A DNA stretch of 64,000 nucleotides from Nemertoderma westbladi (Eukaryota; Animalia; Xenacoelomorpha). Below the pieces are notes generated by a model. The model was given only the letters and a program-made list of their open reading frames with translations. It searched no databases and was not told the origin of the DNA. The number at the start of each line of letters is the position of its first letter. The first letter of the stretch is position 1. The stretch is from positions 1 to 64,000 of the forward strand of contig JAUCBJ010003287.1 in the NCBI GenBank assembly GCA_032718475.1. Direction: 5' to 3'. A program made the translations under genes and the position numbers. Below are positions 18,584 through 30,400 of the stretch, piece after piece.

Positions 18584-19345
18584 TTAGTCATCTTTAATAA
18601 GGACTCGTTGTGGAGATGCAGCCAATAGGAACTTGTACAGGAGTGTGGCGCACATTGATCCCGCTAGGGGGCCCAACCAATACAGGTAGTGGTACTCCCA
18701 TTGGTTACCGATGAGGGCGGGACCGAAAGCTCTCGCTGGATTCATACAGGCCCCAGATAACCCACCACCAGCCTGTATCAACGCCGTGATGGTGAGACCT
18801 ATAGCCAGACCAGCAAACCCAGTACCCAGATTGTATTTATCATCCACTGCTACGCAAAGGATAACAAACACCAAAACCATCGTAAGAAGCATCTCCAGGT
18901 AGAAGATTTGCCCCGCCTCCAATAGAGCATTGGGTACGATAGTACCCCCGGAAATAGCTTGGTACATACTGCTAGGCAACACGCCGTAGACCGAAGCCGC
19001 TCCTATGGTCGCCCCTAGCAACTGGGAGATAAGATAGCCGAGGCCTAGATACGGGGATAGCTGACGACACCAGACTGCTGCTACGGTTACCGCAGGGTTG
19101 AAATGACCCCCGCTGATCTTCCCGACAGACATGACGAGATACGCGATGGACAGACCGTGTCCTAATCCCGCTGATATAGGGTTGCCTACGGTTACCGACA
19201 GACATCCCACTATAACGAACAGCATCGTGCCGAAGAACTCGGCCAGACAGGGCTGGGCCACCGTCTCGAACAGGTAAACCCTACGCGATCTGGGGTCCGG
19301 TTCGCCGTTTATTAACTTCGATTCTTCGCGTTTCTCTTCGTCCAT
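18584..19345 (-). CDS. AQP8: Aquaporin, AQP8-like (aquaammoniaporin type), intronless
   Basis: 253 aa with six hydrophobic helices, AEFFGT, GGHFNPAVT and SGACMNPARAFGPA. AQP8-type VGCLSV and GHGL motifs are present. The ar/R filter reads H/I/A/R. Confidence 0.9.
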   Translation of the reverse strand: MDEEKREESKLINGEPDPRSRRVYLFETVAQPCLAEFFGTMLFVIVGCLSVTVGNPISAGLGHGLSIAYLVMSVGKISGGHFNPAVTVAAVWCRQLSPYLGLGYLISQLLGATIGAASVYGVLPSSMYQAISGGTIVPNALLEAGQIFYLEMLLTMVLVFVILCVAVDDKYNLGTGFAGLAIGLTITALIQAGGGLSGACMNPARAFGPALIGNQWEYHYLYWLGPLAGSMCATLLYKFLLAASPQRVLIKDD

Positions 19346-19899
19346 ATTAATTCCCTATGCGAATATACCAACGCTAACAACATCAACTATGGTCTTAAAC
19401 TTAAATAATGTAATTCTCCAAGTGTTGCATTAAAAAAAAAATATTTAAATAATATCAATAATAATATTTATATTCTCTAGCACTAGCGCCATCATTACTA
19501 TAAACAGTAATCTTATGGAACTTGTACACTAGGTCTATACAAATTAATTGTGTGTTATTTATAATACGTAAAATTAATTATATGTGAACGGTAGATAGTG
19601 AGGCAAATTGGCCCCAATTGAAAAGTGAACTCCCGCTCAAATGGACCGCAAGTACAATAATGTTTCGTTTATTGTTTTGGTTAGAATACCGGAATATATA
19701 CCAGACTTTCTGCCGTTATATTTCACCTTTCGTTTTCATTTTACCTCCATGTGAAGAATCTACCGATATACTCTATAATCGGCCTGCATTGATATGCTAT
19801 GCAAGCTTAACCAAATTATTTTTGCCACCACCATGCAATCCACAATTGGCTTGCTGCAATGCAACGTTCACTAACAATGCTATTGTGGCTTATCAATAA

Positions 19900-20220
19900 A
19901 ATAATTGCGTCGTCACAACTCCCTACCCCCCATGACTTCCGCGAGAATGTCCGCATTCTTCAAGGCCAGTGTCCTTTAAGATGCGTCTCTAGAAAGTCAT
20001 TGGATCCCCATTATACTTATTCACTCCATGAGGCTGCCAAAGCACAAGATTATGCATTAGCTGGTCCTCACGGCGAAAGCAATGTCCTGCAAAGCGGAGG
20101 CGGCTTTGTTCAATTCTCAAGCTTGAGGCGACCAATAAGACACCTCCAATGTTATATATTGTCTGGTTGTAGATGTGTGCAATGAACCCGGCGTAGCTAA
20201 CACGCCATCCAGAGATTTTG
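19900..20220 (-). mobile_element. Degraded RTE-like LINE 3' fragment
   Basis: Translation RIEQSRLRFAGHCFRREDQLMHNLVLWQPHG, followed by a frameshifted ILKDTGL, resembles the C-terminus of RTE-clade RT proteins. Boundaries are approximate. Confidence 0.6.
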
Positions 20221-20376
20221 TGTCCCTTACGTATTCGAAGGTGACGAAACCATTTCGAATATAAATAAAGATAAATAAAGAAAAGCCAAAAATAAAGAAA
20301 ATTGGTTAAGTAATGGCGGAGGAGTTGTAATTTGAAAAACTGTCTGCTGTGGTCTGGTTGGTTAAGATTGTTGGGC

Positions 20377-20430
20377 CAGGGCCGGATTAAGCCATACTGG
20401 GGCCCGGGACTAACATACATTTGGGGCCCC
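20377..20430 (+). mobile_element. hAT-like terminal sequence (one end only)
   Basis: CAGGGCCGGATTAA followed by two GGGGCCC subterminal motifs is the usual start of non-autonomous hAT elements. The matching AATCCGGCCCTG was not seen in the window. Confidence 0.4.
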
Positions 20431-20636
20431 TTTTCAGTTTTTAAGATATTTAAGAATATTTTACTATTAAAATAATTTACAGTATAGGCTAATAAAAATA
20501 TAAAGTTTTATTTGAAAAAGGTTTATGTTACATAAATATTGCCGAACTGGTCAGCTCCTATCCCCCACCCCCCATTCCCTCTTCATAACTATGTACAGAT
20601 TCTCGCAACATATTAAATTTTGTATTTATTTCAGAT

Positions 20637-20682
20637 GGGGGGGGGGGGGGGGGGGGTGGGGGGGGGGGGGGGGGGGGGGGGG
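20637..20682 (+). repeat. Poly(G) tract, 46 nt with one T
   Basis: Directly visible. Confidence 0.95.
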
Positions 20683-20751
20683 ATTTCGACACAATTCATT
20701 TCTCTCCAGGGGAAATCTATGTACAGTAAGTAACAGCTGATTACTTATTGA

Positions 20752-20814
20752 AATAATATTAATAATAATAATAATATTATTAATATTTAAATAATTAATA
20801 ATAATATTAATATT
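20752..20814. repeat. Degenerate (AAT)n low-complexity tract
   Basis: AATAATATTAATAATAATAATAAT... Confidence 0.8.
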
Positions 20815-21048
20815 ACTTACTGAAATTATACTTATATACATAAATAGTGGTAGCGACAATGGTAGCATTTTCAACTCGAAATTACATAGCAAGGATTAAA
20901 ATTCTCTCATGACAAACAGCATCAAGTAAGCATGACAGCAATTGTAATTTAAATGTAATTATAATTTAAATGTAAATATTAGTATCTCACTTTCTCACAG
21001 GCAGCCAATTTTACATACTTAGAAAATCAATCGCAACATTCGTAAGAA

Positions 21049-21084
21049 CCCCCCCACCCCCCCCCCCCCCCCCCCCCCCCCCCC
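21049..21084 (+). repeat. Poly(C) tract, 36 nt with one A
   Basis: Directly visible. Confidence 0.95.
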
Positions 21085-21415
21085 ATTCCATGTGCTCCAC
21101 CTCTCTAGGGGGACAGTAGTTCACTAGCTCAGCTATCATACTGTCCTCCTGCCATATAACAATATTCGTAACTTTAAACCCTGAGAAAATAATCAAACAT
21201 ACTGTATAGATATTCATTGATACTGGCCATAATACAAATATTCTATGCTGCTATTATTATTTTTTCTTCTACATTCAGTAATTGCATTTGTGTTGTCCAT
21301 TTTCTTTTTTGATAGAGGGTTATGGCCCCCAGCGCCAGTATATTCAATATTTGATAAATTCATTTGTGCATTTATCAACTTGTTTCTTTCTTGTAATAAA
21401 TATAATAATATAATA

Positions 21416-24400
21416 ATTGAATGAGGTGGATTAACAACCCCCCTCTCACCTAAATGTACGAAGCATTGAGGGGTAGGGCCGTAGGTGTAGGTATTGGATG
21501 AGGTGGTTAACAACCCCCTCTCACCTAAATGTATGAAGCATTGAGGGGTAGGGCCGTAGGTGTAGGTATTGGATGAGGTGGTTAACAACCCCCTCTCACC
21601 TAAATGTATGAAGCATTGAGGGGTAGGGCCGTAGGTGTAGGTATTGGATGAGGTGGTTAACAACCCCCTCTCACCTAAATGTATGAAGCATTGAGGGGTA
21701 GGGCCGTAGGTGTAGGTATTGGATGAGGTGGGTTAACAACCCCCTCTCACCTAAATGTACGAAGCATTGAGGGGTAGGGCCGTAGGTGTAGGTATTGGAT
21801 GAGGTGGGTTAACAACCCCCTCTCACCTAAATGTACGAAGCATTGAGGGGTAGGGCCGTAGGTGTAGGTATTGGATGAGGTGGGTTAACAACCCCCTCTC
21901 ACCTAAATGTACGAAGCATTGAGGGGTAGGGCCGTAGGTGTAGATATTGGGTGAGGTGGGTTAACAACCCCCTCTCACCTAAATGTAAGAAGCATTGAGG
22001 GGTAGGGCCGTAGGTGTAGGTATTGGATGAGGTGGGTTAACAACCCCCTCTCACCTAAATGTATGAAGCATTGAGGGGTAGGGCCGTAGGTGTAGGTATT
22101 GGATGAGGTGGGTTAACAACCCCCTCTCACCTAAATGTAAGAAGCATTGAGGGGTAGGGCCGTAGGTGTAGGTATTGGATGAGGTGGGTTAACAACCCCC
22201 TCTCACCTAAATGTACGAAGCATTGAGGGGTAGGGCCGTAGGTGTAGATATTGGGTGAGGTGGGTTAACAACCCCCTCTCACCTAAATGTAAGAAGCATT
22301 GAGGGGTAGGGCCGTAGGTGTAGGTATTGGATGAGGTGGTTAACAACCCCCTCTCACCTAAATGTATGAAGCATTGAGGGGTAGGGCCGTAGGTGTAGGT
22401 ATTGGGTGAGGTGGGTTAACAACCCCCTCTCACCTAAATGTACGAAGCATTGAGGGGTAGGGCCGTAGGTGTAGGTATTGGATGAGGTGGTTAACAACCC
22501 CCTCTCACCTAAATGTATGAAGCATTGAGGGGTAGGGCCGTAGGTGTAGGTATTGGATGAGGTGGTTAACAACCCCCTCTCACCTAAATGTATGAAGCAT
22601 TGAGGGGTAGGGCCGTAGGTGTAGGTATTGGGTGAGGTGGGTTAACAACCCCCTCTCACCTAAATGTACGAAGCATTGAGGGGTAGGGCCGTAGGTGTAG
22701 GTATTGGATGAGGTGGTTAACAACCCCCTCTCACCTAAATGTATGAAGCATTGAGGGGTAGGGCCGTAGGTGTAGGTATTGGATGAGGTGGGTTAACAAC
22801 CCCCTCTCACCTAAATGTAGAAGCATTGAGGGGTAGGGCCGTAGGTGTAGGTATTGGATGAGGTGGGTTAACAACCCCCTCTCACCGTAAGCATTGAGGG
22901 GTAGGGCCGTAGGTGTAGGTATTGGATGAGGTGGGTTAACAACCCCCTCTCACCTAAATGTAGAAGCATTGAGGGGTAGGGCCGTAGGTGTAGGTATTGG
23001 ATGAGGTGGGTTAACAACCCCCTCTCACCGAAGCATTGAGGGGTAGGGCCGTAGGTGTAGGTATTGGATGAGGTGGTTAACAACCCCCTCTCACCTAAAT
23101 GTATGAAGCATTGAGGGGTAGGGCCGTAGGTGTAGGTATTGGATGAGGTGTGTTAACAACCCCCTCTCACCTAAATGTATGAAGCATTGAGGGGTAGGGC
23201 CGTAGGTGTAGGTATTGGATGAGGTGGTTAACAACCCCCTCTCACCTAAATGTATGAAGCATTGAGGGGTAGGGCCGTAGGTGTAGGTATTGGATGAGGT
23301 GGGTTAACAACCCCCTCTCACCTAAATGTATGAAGCATTGAGGGGTAGGGCCGTAGGTGTAGGTATTGGATGAGGTGGTTAACAACCCCCTCTCACCTAA
23401 ATGTATGAAGCATTGAGGGGTAGGGCCGTAGGTGTAGGTATTGGATGAGGTGGGTTAACAACCCCCTCTCACCTAAATTACGAAGCATTGAGGGGTAGGG
23501 CCGTAGGTGTAGGTATTGGATGAGGTGGTTAACAACCCCCTCTCACCGAAGCATTGAGGGGTAGGGCCGTAGGTGTAGGTATTGGATGAGGTGTGTTAAC
23601 AACCCCCTCTCACCTAAATGTATGAAGCATTGAGGGGTAGGGCCGTAGGTGTAGGTATTGGATGAGGTGGTTAACAACCCCCTCTCACCTAAATGTATGA
23701 AGCATTGAGGGGTAGGGCCGTAGGTGTAGGTATTGGATGAGGTGGTTAACAACCCCCTCTCACCTAAATGTATGAAGCATTGAGGGGTAGGGCCGTAGGT
23801 GTAGGTATTGGATGAGGTGGTTAACAACCCCCTCTCACCTAAATGTATGAAGCATTGAGGGGTAGGGCCGTAGGTGTAGGTATTGGATGAGGTGGTTAAC
23901 AACCCCCTCTCACCGAAGCATTGAGGGGTAGGGCCGTAGGTGTAGGTATTGGATGAGGTGTGTTAACAACCCCCTCTCACCTAAATGTATGAAGCATTGA
24001 GGGGTAGGGCCGTAGGTGTAGGTATTGGATGAGGTGGGTTAACAACCCCCTCTCACCGAAGCATTGAGGGGTAGGGCCGTAGGTGTAGGTATTGGATGAG
24101 GTGGTTAACAACCCCCTCTCACCGAAGCATTGAGGGGTAGGGCCGTAGGTGTAGGTATTGGATGAGGTGGGTAAACAACCCCCTCTCACCGAAGCATTGA
24201 GGGGTAGGGCCGTAGGTGTAGGTATTGGATGAGGTGGTTAACAACCCCCTCTCACCTAAATGTATGAAGCATTGAGGGGTAGGGCCGTAGGTGTAGGTAT
24301 TGGATGAGGTGGGTTAACAACCCCCTCTCACCGAACCATTGAGGGGTAGGGCCGTAGGTGTAGGTATTGGATGAGGTGGTTAACAACCCCCTCTCACCGA

Positions 24401-27400
24401 AGCATTGAGGGGTAGGGCCGTAGGTGTAGGTATTGGATTAGGTGGTTAACAACCCCCTCTCACCGAAGCATTGAGGGGTAGGGCCGTAGGTGTAGGTATT
24501 GGATGAAGTGGATTAACAACCCCCTCTCACCTAAATGTATGAAGCATTGAGGGGTAGGGCCGTAGGTGTAGGTATTGGATGAGGTGGTTAACAACCCCCT
24601 CTCACCTAAATGTATGAAGCATTGAGGGGTAGGGCCGTAGGTGTAGGTATTGGATGAGGTGGTTAACAACCCCCTCTCACCTAAATGTATGAAGCATTGA
24701 GGGGTAGGGCCGTAGGTGTAGGTATTGGATGAGGTGTGTTAACAACCCCCTCTCACCTAAATGTATGAAGCATTGAGGGGTAGGGCCGTAGGTGTAGGTA
24801 TTGGATGAGGTGGGTTAACAACCCCCTCTCACCGAAGCATTGAGGGGTAGGGCCGTAGGTGTAGGTATTGGATGAGGTGGTTAACAACCCCCTCTCACCG
24901 AAGCATTGAGGGGTAGGGCCGTAGGTGTAGGTATTGGATGAGTTGGGTTAACAACCCCCTCTCACCTAAATGTATGAAGCATTGAGGGGTAGGGCCGTAG
25001 GTGTAGGTATTGGATGAGGTGGTTAACAACCCCCTCTCACCTAAATGTACGAAGCATTGAGGGGTAGGGCCGTAGGTGTAGGTATTGGATGAGGTGGTTA
25101 ACAACCCCCTCTCACCGAAGCATTGAGGGGTAGGGCCGTAGGTGTAGGTATTGGATGAGGTGTGTTAACAACCCCCTCTCACCTAAATGTATGAAGCATT
25201 GAGGGGTAGGGCCGTAGGTGTAGGTATTGGATGAGGTGTGTTAACAACCCCCTCTCACCTAAATGTATGAAGCATTGAGGGGTAGGGCCGTAGGTGTAGG
25301 TATTGGATGAGGTGGTTAACAACCCCCTCTCACCTAAATGTATGAAGCATTGAGGGGTAGGGCCGTAGGTGTAGGTATTGGATGTGGTGGGTTAACAACC
25401 CCCTCTCACCTAAATGTATGAAGCATTGAGGGGTAGGGCCGTAGGTGTAGGTATTGGATGAGGTGGTTAACAACCCCCTCTCACCTAAATGTATGAAGCA
25501 TTGAGGGGTAGGGCCGTAGGTGTAGGTATTGGATGAGGTGGGTTAACAACCCCCTCTCACCGAAGCATTGAGGGGTACGGCCGTAGGTGTAGGTATTGGA
25601 TGAGGTGTGTTAACAACCCCCTCTCACCTAAATGTATGAAGCATTGAGGGGTAGGGCCGTAGGTGTAGGTATTGGATGAGGTTGGTTAACAACCCCCTCT
25701 CACCGAAGCATTGAGGGGTAGGGCCGTAGGTTTAGGTATTGGATGAGGTGGTTAACAACCCCCTCTCACCGAAGCATTGAGGGGTAGGGCCGTAGGTGTA
25801 GGTATTGGATGAGGTGGGTTAACAACCCCCTCTCACCTAAATGTATGAAGCATTGAGGGGTAGGGCCGTAGGTGTAGGTATTGGATGAGGTGGTTAACAA
25901 CCCCCTCTCACCTAAATGTATGAAGCATTGAGGGGTAGGGCCGTAGGTGTAGGTATTGGCTGAGGTGGTTAACAACCCCCTCTCACCTAAATGTATGAAG
26001 CATTGAGGGGTAGGGCCGTAGGTGTAGGTATTGGATGAGGTGGTTAACAACCCCCTCTCACATAAATGTACGAAGCATTGAGGGGTAGGGCCGTAGGTGT
26101 AGGTATTGGATGAGGTGGGTTAACAACCCCCTCTCACATAAATGTACGAAGCATTGAGGGGTAGGGCCGTAGGTGTAGGTATTGGATGAGGTGGTTAACA
26201 ACCCCCTCTCACCTAAATGTATGAAGCATTGAGGGGTATGGCCGTAGGTGTAGGTATTGGATGAGGTGGTTAACAACCCCCTCTCACCTAAATGTATGAA
26301 GCATTGAAGGGTAGGGCCGTAGGTGTAGGTATTGGATGTGGTGGGTTAACAACCCCCTCTCACCTAAATGTATGAAGCATTGAGGGGTAGGGCCGTAGGT
26401 GTAGGTATTGGCTGAGGTGGTTAACAACCCCCTCTCACCTAAATGTATGAAGCATTGAGGGGTAGGGCCGTAGGTGTAGGTATTGGATGAGGTGGTTAAC
26501 AACCCCCTCTCACATAAATGTACGAAGCATTGAGGGGTAGGGCCGTAGGTGTAGTTATTGGATGAGGTGGTTAACAACCCCCTCTCACCTAAATGTATGA
26601 AGCATTGAGGGGTAGGGCCGTAGGTGTAGGTATTGGATGAGGTGGTTAACAACCCCCTCTCACCTAAATGTATGAAGCATTGAGGGGTAGGGCCGTAGGT
26701 GTAGGTATTGGATGAGGTGCGTTAACAACCCCCTCTCACCGAAGCATTGAGGGGTAGGGCCGTAGGTGTAGGTATTGGATGAGGTGGTTAACAACCCCCT
26801 CTCACCGAAGCATTGAGGGGTAGGGCCGTAGGTGTAGGTATTGGATGAGGTGGGTTAACAACCCCCTCTCACCGAAGCATTGAGGGGTAGGGCCTGTAGG
26901 TGTAGGTATTGGATGAGGTGGTTAACAACCCCCTCTCACCTAAATGTATGAAGCATTGAGGGGTAGGGCCGTAGGTGTAGGTATTTGATGGGGTGGGTTA
27001 ACAACCCCCTCTCACCGAAGCATTGAGGGGTAGGGCCGTAGGTGTAGGTATTGGATGAGGTGGTTAACAACCCCCTCTCACCGAAGCATTGAGGGGTAGG
27101 GCCGTAGGTGTAGGTATTGGATGAGGTGGTTAACAACCCCCTCTCACCGAAGCATTGAGGGGTAGGGCCGTAGGTGTAGGTATTGGATGAAGTGGATTAA
27201 CAACCCCCTCTCACCTAAATGTATGAAGCATTGAGGGGTAGGGCCGTAGGTGTAGGTATTGGATGAGGTGGTTAACAACCCCCTCTCACCTAAATGTATG
27301 AAGCATTGAGGGGTAGGGCCGTAGGTGTAGGTATTGGATGAAGTGGATTAACAACCCCCTCTCACCTAAATGTATGAAGCATTGAGGGGTAGGGCCGTAG

Positions 27401-30400
27401 GTGTAGGTATTGGATGAGGTGGTTAACAACCCCCTCTCACCTAAATGTATGAAGCATTGAGGGGTAGGGCCGTAGGTGTAGGTATTGGATGAGGTGTGTT
27501 AACAACCCCCTCTTACCTAAATGTATGAAGCATTGAGGGGTAGGGCCGTAGGTGTAGGTATTGGATGAGGTGGGTTAACAACCCCCTCTCACCGAAGCAT
27601 TGAGGGGTAGGGCCGTAGGTGTAGGTATTGGATGAGGTGGTTAACAACCCCCTCTCACCGAAGCATTGAGGGGTAGGGCCGTAGGTGTAGGTATTGGATG
27701 AGGTGGGTTAACAACCCCCTCTCACCGAAGCATTGAGGGGTAGGGCCGTAGGTGTAGGTATTGGATGAGGTGGTTAACAACCCCCTCTCACCTAAATGTA
27801 CGAAGCATTGAGGGGTAGGGCCGTTGGTGTAGGTATTGGATGAGGTGGTTAACAACCCCTTCTCACCGAAGCATTGAGGGGTAGGGCATTAGGTGTAGGT
27901 ATTGGATGAGGTGTGTTAACAACCCCCTCTCACCTAAATGTATGAAGCATTGAGGGGTAGGGCCGTAGGTGTAGGTATTGGATGAGGTGTGTTAACAACC
28001 CCCTCTCACCTAAATGTATGAAGCATTGAGGGGTAGGGCCGTAGGTGTAGGTATTGGACGAGGTGGTTAACAACCCCCTCTCACCTAAATGTATGAAGCA
28101 TTGAGGGGTAGGGCCGTAGGTGTAGTTATTGGATGTGGTGGGTTAACAATCCCCTCTCACCTAAATGTATGAAGCATTGTGGGGTAGGGCCGTAGGTGTA
28201 GGTATTGGATGAGGTGGTTAACAACCCCCTCTCACCTAAATGTATGAAGCATTGAGGGGTAGGGCCGTAGGTGTAGGTATTGGATGAGGTGGTTAACAAC
28301 CCCCTCTCACCGAAGCATTGAGGGGTACGGCCGTAGGTGTAGGTATTGGATGAGGTGTGTTAACAACCCCCTCTCACCTAAATGTATGAAGCATTGAGGG
28401 GTAGGGCCGTAGGTGTAGGTATTGGATGAGGTTGGTTGACAACCCCCTCTCACCGAAGCATTGAGGGGTAGGGCCGTAGGTTTAGGTATTGGATGAGGTG
28501 GTTAACAACCCCCTCTCACCGAAGCATTGAGGGGTAGGGCCGTAGGTGTAGGTATTGGATGAGGTGGGTTAACAACCCCCTCTCACCTAAATGTATGAAG
28601 CATTGAGGGGTAGGGCCGTAGGTGTAGGTATTGGATGAGGTGGTTAACAACCCCCTCTCACCTAAATGTATGAAGCATTGAGGGGTAGGGCCGTAGGTGT
28701 AGGTATTGGCTGAGGTGGTTAACAACCCCCTCTCACCTAAATGTATGAAGCATTGAGGGGTAGGGCCGTAGGTGTAGGTATTGGATGAGGTGGTTAACAA
28801 CCCCCTCTCACATAAATGTACGAAGCATTGAGGGGTAGGGCCGTAGGTGTAGGTATTGGATGAGGTGGGTTAACAACCCCCTCTCACATAAATGTACAAA
28901 GCATTGAGGGGTAGGGCCGTAGGTGTAGGTATTGGATGAGGTGGGTAACAACCCCCTCTCACCTAAATGTATGAAGCATTGAGGGGTATGGCCGTAGGTG
29001 TAGGTATTGGATGAGGTGGTTAACAACCCCCTCTCACCTAAATGTATGAAGCATTGAAGGGTAGGGCCGTAGGTGTAGGTATTGGATGTGGTGGGTTAAC
29101 AACCCCCTCTCACCTAAATGTATGAAGCATTGAGGGGTAGGGCCGTAGGTGTAGGTATTGGCTGAGGTGGTTAACAACCCCCTCTCACCTAAATGTATGA
29201 AGCATTGAGGGGTAGGGCCGTAGGTGTAGGTATTGGATGAGGTGGTTAACAACCCCCTCTCACATAAATGTACAAAGCATTGAGGGGTAGGGCCGTAGGT
29301 GTAGTTATTGGATGAGGTGGTTAACAACCCCCTCTCACCTAAATGTATGAAGCATTGAGGGGTAGGGCCGTAGGTGAAGGTATTGGATGAGGTGGTTAAC
29401 AACCCCCTCTCACCTAAATGTATGAAGCATTGAGGGGTAGGGCCGTAGGTGTAGGTATTGGATGAGGTGGGTTAACAACCCCCTCTCACCGAAGCATTGA
29501 GGGGTAGGGCCGTAGGTGTAGGTATTGGATGAGGTGGTTAACAACCCCCTCTCACCGAAGCATTGAGGGGTAGGGCCGTAGGTGTAGGTATTGGATGAGG
29601 TGGGTTAACAACCCCCTCTCACCGAAGCATTGAGGGGTAGGGCCTGTAGGTGTAGGTATTGGATGAGGTGGTTAACAACCCCCTCTCACCTAAATGTATG
29701 AAGCATTGAGGGGTAGGGCCGTAGGTGTAGGTATTTGATGGGGTGGGTTAACAACCCCCTCTCACCGAAGCATTGAGGGGTAGGGCCGTAGGTGTAGGTA
29801 TTGGATGAGGTGGTTAACAACCCCCTCTCACCGAAGCATTGAGGGGTAGGGCCGTAGGTGTAGGTATTGGATGAGGTGGTTAACAACCCCCTCTCACCGA
29901 AGCATTGAGGGGTAGGGCCGTAGGTGTAGGTATTGGATGAAGTGGATTAACAACCCCCTCTCACCTAAATGTATGAAGCATTGAGGGGTAGGGCCGTAGG
30001 TGTAGGTATTGGATGAGGTGGGTTAACAACCCCCTCTCACCGAAGCATTGAGGGGTAGGGCCGTAGGTGTAGGTATTGGATGAGGTGGTTAACAACCCCC
30101 TCTCACCGAAGCATTGAGGGGTAGGGCCGTAGGTGTAGGTATTGGATGAGGTGGGTTAACAACCCCCTCTCACCTAAATGTATGAAGCATTGAGGGGTAG
30201 GGCCGTAGGTGTAGGTATTGGATGAGGTGGGTTAACAACCCCCTCTCACCGAAGCATTGAGGGGTAGGGCCGTAGGTGTAGGTATTGGATGAGGTGGTTA
30301 ACAACCCCCTCTCACCTAAATGTACGAAGCATTGAGGGGTAGGGCCGTTGGTGTAGGTATTGGATGAGGTGGTTAACAACCCCCTCTCACCGAAGCATTG

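Noticed and set aside
20525-21217. Poly-Gly/poly-Pro ORFs
   Set aside because: These are translations of G and C homopolymers and the AAT tract.
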